Positions 7,649 through 16,775 of a stretch of DNA of 64,000 nt are shown piece after piece; the stretch's first letter is position 1, and each line of letters opens with the position of its first letter. The stretch lies in the NCBI GenBank assembly GCA_016928025.1, contig JAFGLN010000047.1:32335-96334 (forward strand), in the 5' to 3' direction. The position numbers were made by a program, and so were the translations under genes. Under the pieces are notes generated by a model. The model was given only the letters and a program-made list of their open reading frames with translations. It had not been told where the DNA came from and did not search any database. The DNA is from Deltaproteobacteria bacterium. Lineage in GTDB: Bacteria > Desulfobacterota > Syntrophia > Syntrophales > JAFGHS01.

Positions 7649-10207
7649 ATGAATCCCAGGAAACAGCATCTACTGATCGGCCTTATCGCTCTTATCATCC
7701 CCGGCGCCGGCCATCTGATTCAACAAAATTTTCAGCGCGGATTGGCCGTGCTGATCAGTATTCCATTGCTGATCGGCCTCGCTTGTTGGCAGGAGACGCC
7801 CCTGGTTTTTGCAGGTGCGGCCACCGTCTGGCTGTGGTCGGCATGGGATGCCTGGCGCGCGTCCGTCGGCAGACCGACCAAGACCACCATTGTCCCCTTT
7901 CTGGCCGGCACCATCGCCGTTTACATCGTCGCCCTTGCGGCAACGGATATTCAACCGGCAAGGCTGATCAGCGGATTCCCGTCCATTCGTCCCATCCTGA
8001 GCGCCTTGACCAGCCCGGATATTCTGGCGTATCCCACGCAGGATAAAATCGGCACGGCACCCATTCTCGTTCCCTGTGTCGAGCCCCTTCCCCGGCCGGA
8101 CGTCCAGGGAAGCCGCCAAACAATCCTTCTTCCATCTGCGTCCTGTGCCGCCGTCGATGATACCGTCCGTATCACGGGCCTCGGCTTTTTTCCGAATTTC
8201 GAAGGCGAGATGTGGTGGCGAAATCCCATCGGCGACCTGCAGCGCTTGACGAAAGACGGCAGACCTCAGATATTCAAAACAAACGAAAAAGGGGAATTCA
8301 GCGCCACCATTAAAATACCGCTGGCCGTTCCGATCAGCGCCCTGCCCGTCCCCGGTCAAACACAAACCCATCAGATCGAAGCGCGGCAGCACAAAGCCTA
8401 TGGTCAATTACAACCCACCGAAACCCTGCGGCTGGTCGTCACCAAAATGGGCGAAACGCTGGCCCTGGCGTTTCTTGCAACCGTCCTGGCTGCCATTTTT
8501 GCCATACCCATCGGCTTTCTGGCCGCCCGCAATCTCATGGGTGCCGGCAAAATCACCCTGGCCGTCTATTATGCGGTCCGCGCCGTCCTGAATATCATCC
8601 GGTCCATCGAAACCTTGATCTGGGCCATTATCTTCGGCGTCTGGGTGGGGCTGGGACCTTTTGCCGGCACCCTGGCCCTATTGTTTCACTCTGTTGCCGC
8701 CCTGGGAAAACTCTATTCGGAAGCCGTTGAGAGCGTCGATCCCCGGCCTATCGAAGCCGTTCGGGCAACAGGTGCCAACCAGCTGCAGGTGATTGTTTTC
8801 GGTGTTATCCCGCAGATTGTTCCGACCTTCCTGTCCTTTACCCTTTATCGCTGGGACATCAACGTCCGGATGGCAACGGTAATCGGCCTGGTATGCGATG
8901 CGGGCATCGGATTTCTGGTCATCCAATGGATACGTCTGGGAAGCTACAATGCCATGGCGACCAGCATCATTGCCATTACCCTGGTCATCGCCGTTCTGGA
9001 TTATGTCAGTTCCGTTTTGCGCCGGCACATTCTTACGGGCGTCAATTTCGGAAAGGTCAAAACCTTTCGCCAATACGCTTTCCGCATCATCGGGGTTTTT
9101 GTCTTTGCGGGCCTTTTTCTCTGGTCCTGGAACGTGGCCGATATCCGGATCGACTATTTGGTCCGGGACGCCGGGAACGGCCTGCGCCTCGCCCGCGAAC
9201 TCCTGACACCGGAGATCCTGACCCGCCCCACGGAACTGCGTTCCATATCGGCGGAAATCCGGACACCTCGGCAATCCTGTCCGGCGGATGAAGTGATGAA
9301 GACGGACGAGGGGCCGGGTATTCGGCTGTCATCCACGTGTTCAAATGTCGGCGAGCCTTTGACCATTTCGGGAGAGAAGCTGCCGCCCGACACCCGTGTG
9401 TATATCCGATGGCAGTTTCCCGACGGCGGAGAGCTCAGGGTCAAGGAAAACTGCTGTGATACGGATGCCGATGGCCGTGTCAGTCTGGAAACCCGCGTGC
9501 ATTCCCTCGCCGATTCGGAAAAACACGATGGCCGGCCCACCCGTATTTCCATCCAGTGGCCTGAAGCCGTCGGCGGCTTTCAATTAAGTGAAGCCATTAA
9601 AAAAACTCTCGATCTGGCACTGATCACCCTCCTGATGGCTTTGATTGCCACCACTCTGGGCAGTCTTATCGCCATACCGGTCTCCTTTCTGGCAGCTCGG
9701 AACATCGTCGGCACCGGCCCGCTGGGTTCGGTCCTCTATTATGCGGTGCGCACCGTCTTCAATCTCTGGCGATCTATAGAGCCCATGATCCTCGCCCTGA
9801 TTTTCGCGACCTGGGTGGGGCTTGGTCCCTTCGCCGGCGTCCTGGCCCTGACCCTGAACAACATCCCCAATCTGGGTAAGCTCTTCTCGGAAGCCATCGA
9901 AGAAATCGATATGGGGCAGGTGGAAGCCCTGACGGCCACGGGGGCGAATCGCCTGCAGGTCATCCGGTTCGCCGTCATCCCCCAGCTGATTCCCAAATTT
10001 ACGGCCTTTATCCTTTACCAGTGGGACATCAACATCCGCATGTCCACCGTCATCGGCTTTGTCGGCGGCGGCGGCATCGGCCATCAGTGGCGCGTCTGGG
10101 TCCAGCTCAACCAATACGCGGCGGCCGCCGTGGCGACCTGGGCCATTGTGGCCATGGTCTGGATCATGGATTACGTCAGTTCCCGGATGAGAAGCAGGCT
10201 GGTTTGA
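7649..10207 (+). CDS. phnE: phosphonate ABC transporter permease, tandem double PhnE with periplasmic Ig-like inserts
   Basis: Two copies of VGLGPFAG...GKL(Y/F)SEA.E...EA..ATGAN.LQ...WDIN.RM; start moved to the ATG after the phnC stop. Confidence 0.85.
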   Translation: MNPRKQHLLIGLIALIIPGAGHLIQQNFQRGLAVLISIPLLIGLACWQETPLVFAGAATVWLWSAWDAWRASVGRPTKTTIVPFLAGTIAVYIVALAATDIQPARLISGFPSIRPILSALTSPDILAYPTQDKIGTAPILVPCVEPLPRPDVQGSRQTILLPSASCAAVDDTVRITGLGFFPNFEGEMWWRNPIGDLQRLTKDGRPQIFKTNEKGEFSATIKIPLAVPISALPVPGQTQTHQIEARQHKAYGQLQPTETLRLVVTKMGETLALAFLATVLAAIFAIPIGFLAARNLMGAGKITLAVYYAVRAVLNIIRSIETLIWAIIFGVWVGLGPFAGTLALLFHSVAALGKLYSEAVESVDPRPIEAVRATGANQLQVIVFGVIPQIVPTFLSFTLYRWDINVRMATVIGLVCDAGIGFLVIQWIRLGSYNAMATSIIAITLVIAVLDYVSSVLRRHILTGVNFGKVKTFRQYAFRIIGVFVFAGLFLWSWNVADIRIDYLVRDAGNGLRLARELLTPEILTRPTELRSISAEIRTPRQSCPADEVMKTDEGPGIRLSSTCSNVGEPLTISGEKLPPDTRVYIRWQFPDGGELRVKENCCDTDADGRVSLETRVHSLADSEKHDGRPTRISIQWPEAVGGFQLSEAIKKTLDLALITLLMALIATTLGSLIAIPVSFLAARNIVGTGPLGSVLYYAVRTVFNLWRSIEPMILALIFATWVGLGPFAGVLALTLNNIPNLGKLFSEAIEEIDMGQVEALTATGANRLQVIRFAVIPQLIPKFTAFILYQWDINIRMSTVIGFVGGGGIGHQWRVWVQLNQYAAAAVATWAIVAMVWIMDYVSSRMRSRLV

Positions 10208-10330
10208 TGGCATCCGTACTTTTTACAAGTCTCCCTTTTGATTTGTGTTGCCGATTTCATATACCTTTGTTATGATCATCATCAGATTCCGATTCCATAT
10301 TTTGTTATTCGGCGGAAGGTAATTTCATCA

Positions 10331-10666
10331 ATGAAACCGAGGAAGTTCAACGTCAACAAATCGCGCGGCCCCAGAAAGGTCGAAAATATAAAATCCATCG
10401 ATGAGATGATTCAGGGGCTTCAAAAGACCGCTTCGTCCGATGAGGACTACCGGGAACGGTCACTGAAAATCCATGGTCTCATTTGCGCCAAATGCGGCCG
10501 GGAGTTCGATCATACCAATCGCCATCTTCTGACGGTCCATCATAAAGACGGCAATCATCATAATAATCCCCCCGACGGCTCCAACTGGGAAAACTTATGT
10601 GTGTATTGCCATGAAGACGAGCACAGCCGGTCTCTGCTTGGCGATTACCTGAGCGGCAAAAAATGA
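10331..10666 (+). CDS. YajD-family HNH nuclease
   Basis: YRERSLKIHGLICAKCGREF...LTVHHKDGNHHNNPPDGSNWENLCVYCHEDEH. Confidence 0.85.
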   Translation: MKPRKFNVNKSRGPRKVENIKSIDEMIQGLQKTASSDEDYRERSLKIHGLICAKCGREFDHTNRHLLTVHHKDGNHHNNPPDGSNWENLCVYCHEDEHSRSLLGDYLSGKK

Positions 10667-10733
10667 TGATGCGGTAAAAATTCATATTCTTTTAAACGCC
10701 GCGCGTTCGGCAATAGGAAATCGCCGGTAATGT

Positions 10734-11339
10734 ATGAATGATGAAACAGTGCGGACGGAAAAGGTCAGCAACCCCAAAAAGGACTTCAGATACATCCTGG
10801 GATGGGTCTATCTGCAACTCTCCGGTTGGCAAGTGGCAGGCAAACCGCCGTCCTTGTCGAAATTTGTTGTTGTGGGAGCACCGCATACATCCAATTGGGA
10901 TTTGCCGCTTCTGCTGGCGATCGCCTTTTTTTTCGGTCTCCGCGTTTCCTGGATGGGGAAGCATACTCTGTTTCGCGGACCCTTCGATGCCATATTTCGC
11001 TGGCTCGGCGGTATCCCCATTGAGCGGCAGTCGAGCCACGGCGCCGTCGAGCAAATGATTGAGGAATTTCAAAAGCGTGACCGCCTCATTCTGGTTCTGG
11101 CTCCTGAAGGAACACGCCGTCGCGTCGAGTCATGGAAATCCGGCTTTTATCACATCGCCGTGGGCGCCGGCGTACCCATACTCATCGGCTTTATCGATTA
11201 TGGGAGAAATAAAGGTGGCATTGGGCCGCTCATTGATCCGTCCGGCGATATAGAGGCAGACATGGCCAAGATCAGGAATTTTTTTGCAACCGTCACGCCC
11301 CGGCATCCGGAAAGATTCGGACCCGTCATCATCAAGTGA
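10734..11339 (+). CDS. lysophospholipid/1-acyl-sn-glycerol-3-phosphate acyltransferase family
   Basis: PHTSNWD and APEGTR acyltransferase motifs. Confidence 0.88.
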   Translation: MNDETVRTEKVSNPKKDFRYILGWVYLQLSGWQVAGKPPSLSKFVVVGAPHTSNWDLPLLLAIAFFFGLRVSWMGKHTLFRGPFDAIFRWLGGIPIERQSSHGAVEQMIEEFQKRDRLILVLAPEGTRRRVESWKSGFYHIAVGAGVPILIGFIDYGRNKGGIGPLIDPSGDIEADMAKIRNFFATVTPRHPERFGPVIIK

Positions 11340-11394
11340 AGACGGAACGAGTCCACAGTTTTTAGAGCGGTATTTATTTTTCAGGAGGCTCATC

Positions 11395-12174
11395 ATGGAT
11401 ATCGGCTTTAAAAAGCACTTCAGCAGTTTGTGGAATAGATATTTCTCCGGCGCCGATTTACCCATTGTGTTTTTTTACACAAACCGGGAAGATTTGGGCG
11501 AACCGGTCAAGCCGGCCAAAAACCACCGCTGTGTTATCGGTGATCTGGCCCGGGTCATCCGCGGCCGGTCGCTTCGCTTTACCGTTGACACGATCGGATG
11601 CGCGGGGGGCAAGCGATACCTGGGCTTCAAGAAAGACATCTTGCCCTACTTCGAGTATTTTCTTTCCTGCGGCATTCCGGGACGATTGGAAGGTGAGCGA
11701 TATAAAAAGACCCCCGAACTGGTCAAAGAAATCATGAAAACCCAGCCCTGGACGAAGGCGCCCGCAAAAAACATTGTGTTTCAGCGGTGGGACCACATCG
11801 GACCGGAAGAGGATCCCGCCGTGGTCATTTTTTTCGCAACACCGAATGTTCTCTCCGGTTTATTCACCTTGGCCAACTTTGACAGTGTGGATCCTCAGGG
11901 GGTCATCGCGCCGTTCGGCGCCGGTTGCGCTTCCATCGTCATGTCGCCTTTTCTGGAATTGAAGTCTGAAAATCCCAGACCCGTCATCGGCATGTTCGAT
12001 GTTTCGGCCCGGCCTTACGTCAAACCACAGGTTTTGACATTTGCCGTTCCCTGGCCGAAGTTCGTCGGCATGGTCGACAATATGGAAGAAAGCTTTTTGA
12101 TCACCAAATCATGGGCAAAAGTACGCAAAAGGATAAAAGCGGATGCCAAACAAAATCGTGCAGAAAAAGGATAA
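11395..12174 (+). CDS. DUF169-family protein
   Basis: IGCAGGKRYLGF, GERYKKTPE, PFGAGCAS, GMFDVSARP; AGGAGG RBS before ATG 11395. Confidence 0.7.
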   Translation: MDIGFKKHFSSLWNRYFSGADLPIVFFYTNREDLGEPVKPAKNHRCVIGDLARVIRGRSLRFTVDTIGCAGGKRYLGFKKDILPYFEYFLSCGIPGRLEGERYKKTPELVKEIMKTQPWTKAPAKNIVFQRWDHIGPEEDPAVVIFFATPNVLSGLFTLANFDSVDPQGVIAPFGAGCASIVMSPFLELKSENPRPVIGMFDVSARPYVKPQVLTFAVPWPKFVGMVDNMEESFLITKSWAKVRKRIKADAKQNRAEKG

Positions 12175-12183
12175 GGTGTCATT

Positions 12184-12930
12184 ATGAAAACGGTTTCCAT
12201 GTTCATTCCCTGTACGGTCGACCTCTTTCTTCCGGACATCGGCGAAGCCACCTATCAACTGTTGAAGCGCTTGGGCGTTAATCCTGTCTACCATGAAGAG
12301 CAGACCTGCTGCGGCCAGCCGGCCATCAACGCCGGTTACATCAAGCAGGCGAAAGAGGTGGCCAAACATTTTATCGAAGTCTTCGGTGAAGACGGGGCCA
12401 TCGTCAGCCCGTCCGGCTCCTGCGTCTGCACCGTCAAGTTCCACTATCCAGAGCTGCTTTGCGACGAACCCGCCTGGCTTGCCCGGGCGGAAGACCTGGC
12501 GGGCCGCACCTACGAACTGTCTCAGTATATTGTGGACGTCTTGGGCGTTTCCGACTTGGGCGCCTTCTATACCGGTAAAATCGCCTACCACGAATCCTGT
12601 CACATCCTGCGGGGGCTGGGCGTCTCCGAACAGCCTAAAAAATTGATTACGAACGTTAAAGGGGCTGATTTTGTCGCTATGAAATTTTCCGAGATCTGCT
12701 GCGGCTTCGGCGGCGAGTTCGCCAACAACTATCCCGACATTTCCGAAGCCATGGTGAAGGAAAAATGCGAAAATTATATCCAAAGCGGTGCGGATTTGCT
12801 GCTTCTGTGCGAACCGGGCTGTTTGCTGAACATCGGGGGCTACCTGAGCCGGAACCATCCGGATAAAAAGGTGATGCATTTGGCGCAATTTCTTAATGAC
12901 GCCATCCCGTTCAGGGGAAAGGAAAACTGA
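12184..12930 (+). CDS. lutA: lactate utilization protein A (CCG-domain Fe-S subunit, LutA/LldE)
   Basis: QTCCGQPA, SPSGSC, YHESCH, CCGFGG motifs; first gene of a three-gene cluster. Confidence 0.88.
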   Translation: MKTVSMFIPCTVDLFLPDIGEATYQLLKRLGVNPVYHEEQTCCGQPAINAGYIKQAKEVAKHFIEVFGEDGAIVSPSGSCVCTVKFHYPELLCDEPAWLARAEDLAGRTYELSQYIVDVLGVSDLGAFYTGKIAYHESCHILRGLGVSEQPKKLITNVKGADFVAMKFSEICCGFGGEFANNYPDISEAMVKEKCENYIQSGADLLLLCEPGCLLNIGGYLSRNHPDKKVMHLAQFLNDAIPFRGKEN

Positions 12931-12933
12931 GCC

Positions 12934-14379
12934 ATGGAAATCAGGACGGAACAATTTGTCGAAATCGCCAAAAAAGAATTGAAGAATGCCCGGAACAAGC
13001 AATTCCTGAGTGTGCTGCCACTGGCCATTACGATCTCGAGACCGAGGAGCATGCAATCATTCCCCGATCCGGAGGCGGCCAATGAATACGGCCGGGCCGT
13101 CCGGGCGGAAGCCGTCGCCGGGATGCCCGAACTGCTTGAAGAGTTCGAGAAAAACGCCCTGGCCAACGGTGCAAAGATCGTCTGGGCGAAAACCGCCGAA
13201 GAGGCGAATGCCTTCGTCCTGAACCTGGCGAAGGAACGCGGCATTCAATATGTCACCAAGGGCAAGTCCATGATTACGGAAGAAATGGGACTGAACGACG
13301 TCCTCCAGGAAAGCGGGATCGAACCGTTCGAGAGCGACCTGGGTGAATTCATTGCTCAGCAGTTGCACAAGCCGCCCTTTCATATTGTGGGACCGGCCCT
13401 CAATATCCCCGTCGAAGAAATCAGCGATCTGTTTATCGCCAAGGCGGACATGAAAGAACCGACCACTGATCCCGTGAAACTCGGCTATGCGGCCCGTCTG
13501 TACCTTCGGGACAAATTCCACCATCTGGCGATGGGCATCACGGGCGTCAATATGGCCGTTGCCGAGACGGGCTCCATCATCAATGTGGAAAATGAAGGCA
13601 ACATCCGCATGAACAAATCCTCGCCCAAAATCCAGGTCTCCATTATGAGTCTGGAGAAGGTTGTGCCGACCATGGCGGACGCCATGCACATGATCCGGCT
13701 CTTGTGCCGGAACTGTACGGGACAGAAATTATCCGCCTACATTTCCATCGACAGTGGCCCGAAGAAAAGCGATGAAGTCGACGGTCCCGAGGAACTCTAC
13801 ATTATCATTCTGGACAACGGTCGGTCGGAAATCTACCAGGATATTCAGGCCCGTGAAGCATTACGCTGTATTCGCTGCGGGGCATGTCTTGCCGCCTGCC
13901 CCGTATACTGCAAGATCGGCGGCTACCCTTACGGCTGGGCCTATTCCGGTCCCATGGGGCAAGTCCTGAATCCTCTCCTTCTCGGCCTGGAGAAAACGCA
14001 AGATCTCTACCACGCCTGTACCCTGTGCGGCGCCTGCAAGAGCATCTGCCCGGCCGGCATCGATCATCCAAAGATGTTTCTCTATTACCGGGTGCAGGAA
14101 GCCAACAGCGACAAAAAAGCGGCCGGCGGGTTCATCACGAACAAAACGGCCAAGTTTTTCGATCTGTGGCGTTGGGGTACCACCAGGGCCTGGCGTTGGA
14201 AAATGGCCGTCAAGACAGCAAGGCCCTTTGTCAACCGATACGCGAAGGACGGTACGATTAATAAGACGATCAAACCTGTGGAAGGCTGGTTCCGAACGAG
14301 AAACCTCCCCGCCATGGCACGAAAGACGTTCCACGAACGCTGGGCGGAAATAAATAAAAAAGTCACAAGTGACCAGTAA
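12934..14379 (+). CDS. lutB: lactate utilization protein B (LUD domain plus 4Fe-4S, LutB/LldF)
   Basis: KGKSMITEE, ESDLGEFI, ENEGN, CIRCGACLAACPVY, CTLCGACKSICP. Confidence 0.92.
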   Translation: MEIRTEQFVEIAKKELKNARNKQFLSVLPLAITISRPRSMQSFPDPEAANEYGRAVRAEAVAGMPELLEEFEKNALANGAKIVWAKTAEEANAFVLNLAKERGIQYVTKGKSMITEEMGLNDVLQESGIEPFESDLGEFIAQQLHKPPFHIVGPALNIPVEEISDLFIAKADMKEPTTDPVKLGYAARLYLRDKFHHLAMGITGVNMAVAETGSIINVENEGNIRMNKSSPKIQVSIMSLEKVVPTMADAMHMIRLLCRNCTGQKLSAYISIDSGPKKSDEVDGPEELYIIILDNGRSEIYQDIQAREALRCIRCGACLAACPVYCKIGGYPYGWAYSGPMGQVLNPLLLGLEKTQDLYHACTLCGACKSICPAGIDHPKMFLYYRVQEANSDKKAAGGFITNKTAKFFDLWRWGTTRAWRWKMAVKTARPFVNRYAKDGTINKTIKPVEGWFRTRNLPAMARKTFHERWAEINKKVTSDQ

Positions 14380-14500
14380 CGAGCAATAGTGGGCAAGGGA
14401 TAAAGCCAAAAGGGTAAAAAGTGTCCTATCTAAAAGACATTAATTGATTATAATTCTTTAGTCTTTTTGTACTTGTCACCCGTCACGCGTCACCAGTCAC
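14360..14500. repeat. inverted pair of heptamer arrays (NNGTGAC / NNGTCAC) around an AT-rich spacer
   Basis: aagtcac aagtgac cagtaac gagcaat ... ttgtcac ccgtcac gcgtcac cagtcac. Confidence 0.6.
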
Positions 14501-14526
14501 ATGATTGATATATAACGGGAGGTAAT

Positions 14527-15198
14527 ATGTCACAATCGGCAAGAGAAGAAATACTGGCAAAACTCAAGGCAGCACCGAAGGCAAAACCGGCCGGCCGCCC
14601 CTCCATGCCGCCCTTGACGGAACTTTCCTGGGACCCGGATCAACTGATCGCGAACTTCATGGCCAATCTGACCGCCCAGACAGGCGTCGTCCACCGGGTC
14701 AAAGACGAAATCGACGCAAAGGCAAAGCTGGCGGAAATCGCCGCTGAGGAAGGCTTGACCACCGTCATCGTGTCAACGGATGCCGTTGTTGCGCCCCTCA
14801 ATCTAACCGAGTGGGGCAAAGAAAAAGGGATCAAAGTCCTCACGGCAAAGGATTATACCGACCGCGACGCATACAAAGACGCGGTCTTCATGGAAGCCCA
14901 GGCAGGGATTACGGGCGTCGATTATGCCATTGCCGAATCGGGCACCATCGGGCTCATCCATGACAAGGATCAGCCGCGCCTCGTCTCTGTCGCCCCCATC
15001 ACCCACATTGCCATTCTACCCGTCGAGCGCCTCCGCCCAACGTATGAACGGGTCACGGACATTGTGTTCGCCGACAAAAGCAACCTGCCGAGCCAGTTCA
15101 CCTTCACCACCGGCCCCAGCATGACGGGCGATATCCAGGGCGGGCAGTTCAAGGGGATGCACGGCCCCAGGAAGCTCATCATAATTCTTATGGGATAA
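14527..15198 (+). CDS. lutC: lactate utilization protein C (LUD domain, LutC/LldG)
   Basis: SAREEILAKL, AIAESGT, TGPSMTGDI...GMHGP. Confidence 0.88.
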   Translation: MSQSAREEILAKLKAAPKAKPAGRPSMPPLTELSWDPDQLIANFMANLTAQTGVVHRVKDEIDAKAKLAEIAAEEGLTTVIVSTDAVVAPLNLTEWGKEKGIKVLTAKDYTDRDAYKDAVFMEAQAGITGVDYAIAESGTIGLIHDKDQPRLVSVAPITHIAILPVERLRPTYERVTDIVFADKSNLPSQFTFTTGPSMTGDIQGGQFKGMHGPRKLIIILMG

Positions 15199-15301
15199 AT
15201 ACATCACGTAGCATCGTTAATCTATCGAAAGCGATCGCTGATATCACACAGTATTTGTTCAAGAATGGGCATTAATTTCAATATTCACAGACAAAATACC
15301 C

Positions 15302-15330
15302 TTGACAGAGACATCCCTTATTCATATACT
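15302..15330 (+). promoter_or_regulatory. candidate sigma70 promoter of the pilus operon
   Basis: TTGACA-17 bp-TATACT, near consensus. Confidence 0.6.
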
Positions 15331-15654
15331 CCCACAACGAAAAACGAAGCTCCAATCCGTTCAATCATTCCATACACCGATCTGAAAAAACAGACCGGGC
15401 GTTGTTGCCGCTACATAAGTTTTAGTGTAATGAAGATGGTTGAGAATAACCTTATGCAGAGCTTTACTGCTGTGGTCTGAAACCGAAGAGATAACATTAT
15501 ATAGAACTTTTTAGCATGGTCATAGGTCTCATACCGATCATAAAAACGGAAAATTCCAGAGAGAGCAAACCGGAACATTTTATTTTGCCGGGCTAAAGAT
15601 TGACGGAAGCAGATTCCCCAAGCCGATGGGAAATAAAGAGAACAGGAGGAACAA

Positions 15655-16266
15655 ATGGAGGCGAAAACACAGTCGGGTTGTTTAGGTATTTTTGGGAACA
15701 GTAGGGGTTTTACATTGATTGAAATGGCCATTGTCTTGATCATCATCGGAATTATTATCGGCGCCGTTATCAAGGGAAAAGATATTATCCGCGGCGCTGA
15801 GCAAAAAAAGATTTACAGCAAATTTTTCAGCGAATGGCGAATCACCTATCTCAATTTTTACGACCGGACGGGAAAGATCCTCGGAGACAGAACGGGCAAC
15901 GGTCAGGCCCAGAGTGATACTGCCTGCACACAGCTCCTCAACGGCGGGACCGGCTACTATGGCATCTTACAGGTCGGCCTTGAATCCCCCACAACAAACG
16001 GCACCGACGTCTGCACTTACAATTATACGGACAGCGGCGGTAATATCAGAAATCTTGTTATACGATTTGCCTATGAAAGTACGGCGGGAACCTATAATTA
16101 TATGGAAATACAGAACATCCCTTATGAAATGGCCTTTGCCATCGACCGCATGGTTGATGGGGAAGCCAATGGAACCACGGGGGATTTTTTAAACACCACC
16201 GGTGCGAGCGATTGGGGAACAACACCGACAACAACCACAACGGCCCGCTGGAAAATGCGGTTTTAA
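15655..16266 (+). CDS. type IV pilin / pseudopilin (probable major pilin)
   Basis: Class III signal RG|FTLIEMAIVLIIIGIIIG with E5; AGGAGG RBS. Confidence 0.9.
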   Translation: MEAKTQSGCLGIFGNSRGFTLIEMAIVLIIIGIIIGAVIKGKDIIRGAEQKKIYSKFFSEWRITYLNFYDRTGKILGDRTGNGQAQSDTACTQLLNGGTGYYGILQVGLESPTTNGTDVCTYNYTDSGGNIRNLVIRFAYESTAGTYNYMEIQNIPYEMAFAIDRMVDGEANGTTGDFLNTTGASDWGTTPTTTTTARWKMRF

Positions 16267-16274
16267 CGATAAGG

Positions 16275-16775
16275 ATGGCCGGTATCGCTATTTTCAGGTC
16301 GCATATAACAACGCTGATCCTCGCATTTTTTTTTCTCCTGAGTGCCTGCCTTTTTTTTACGGCCGGTCGCGACTACTCTGCGGACTATAAAAAGCTGCAG
16401 GCACTCAAGGACAAACTCCATTTTATTACGATCCAGCAAAAAGAATTGAGACAGAAAAAGCGTCTGATGAGCCGCGTCGAAAGTTTCGTTAAGCGAACAA
16501 CGTCATGGGGCCTGGTTAAAGATCGATGGACATTTTATGACGTCGAGATTGAAGAGCCCATGACCTTCAACAAATTAGAAAAGATACTAAATCAAACCTT
16601 AGGCACGTCCTCTTATTTTTATAAGCCGACGGCACTCCATTTGAATACGAATGTCCAAGCGTATAAAAAACCGGACCAGAATCAGCAACCGGAGCGGTCG
16701 GCCGATTCAACATCGGTCGGAGAGCAGGATGTCATCGTTAAATTAAAAGGGGCTTTTCTGGTACAGCACCGATGA
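16275..16775 (+). CDS. membrane-anchored pilus assembly protein (PilO/MshJ-like by position)
   Basis: N-terminal TM helix plus coiled coil; overlaps the next gene by ATGA; function inferred from context. Confidence 0.55.
   Translation: MAGIAIFRSHITTLILAFFFLLSACLFFTAGRDYSADYKKLQALKDKLHFITIQQKELRQKKRLMSRVESFVKRTTSWGLVKDRWTFYDVEIEEPMTFNKLEKILNQTLGTSSYFYKPTALHLNTNVQAYKKPDQNQQPERSADSTSVGEQDVIVKLKGAFLVQHR

Noticed and set aside
5942-10207. Phosphonate catabolism or dissimilatory phosphite oxidation locus
   Set aside because: Only the transporter is present; no phnGHIJ, ptxD or ptd genes in the window
10331-10666. HNH nuclease as a defence or mobile element
   Set aside because: Matches the widespread standalone YajD type; no flanking repeats, methylase or other partner genes seen
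12928-12936. lutA TGA stop is in frame with lutB (TGA GCC ATG): possible Sec readthrough fusion
   Set aside because: No Cys/redox motif context or evident SECIS; lutB has its own purine-rich RBS region; LutA and LutB are normally separate proteins
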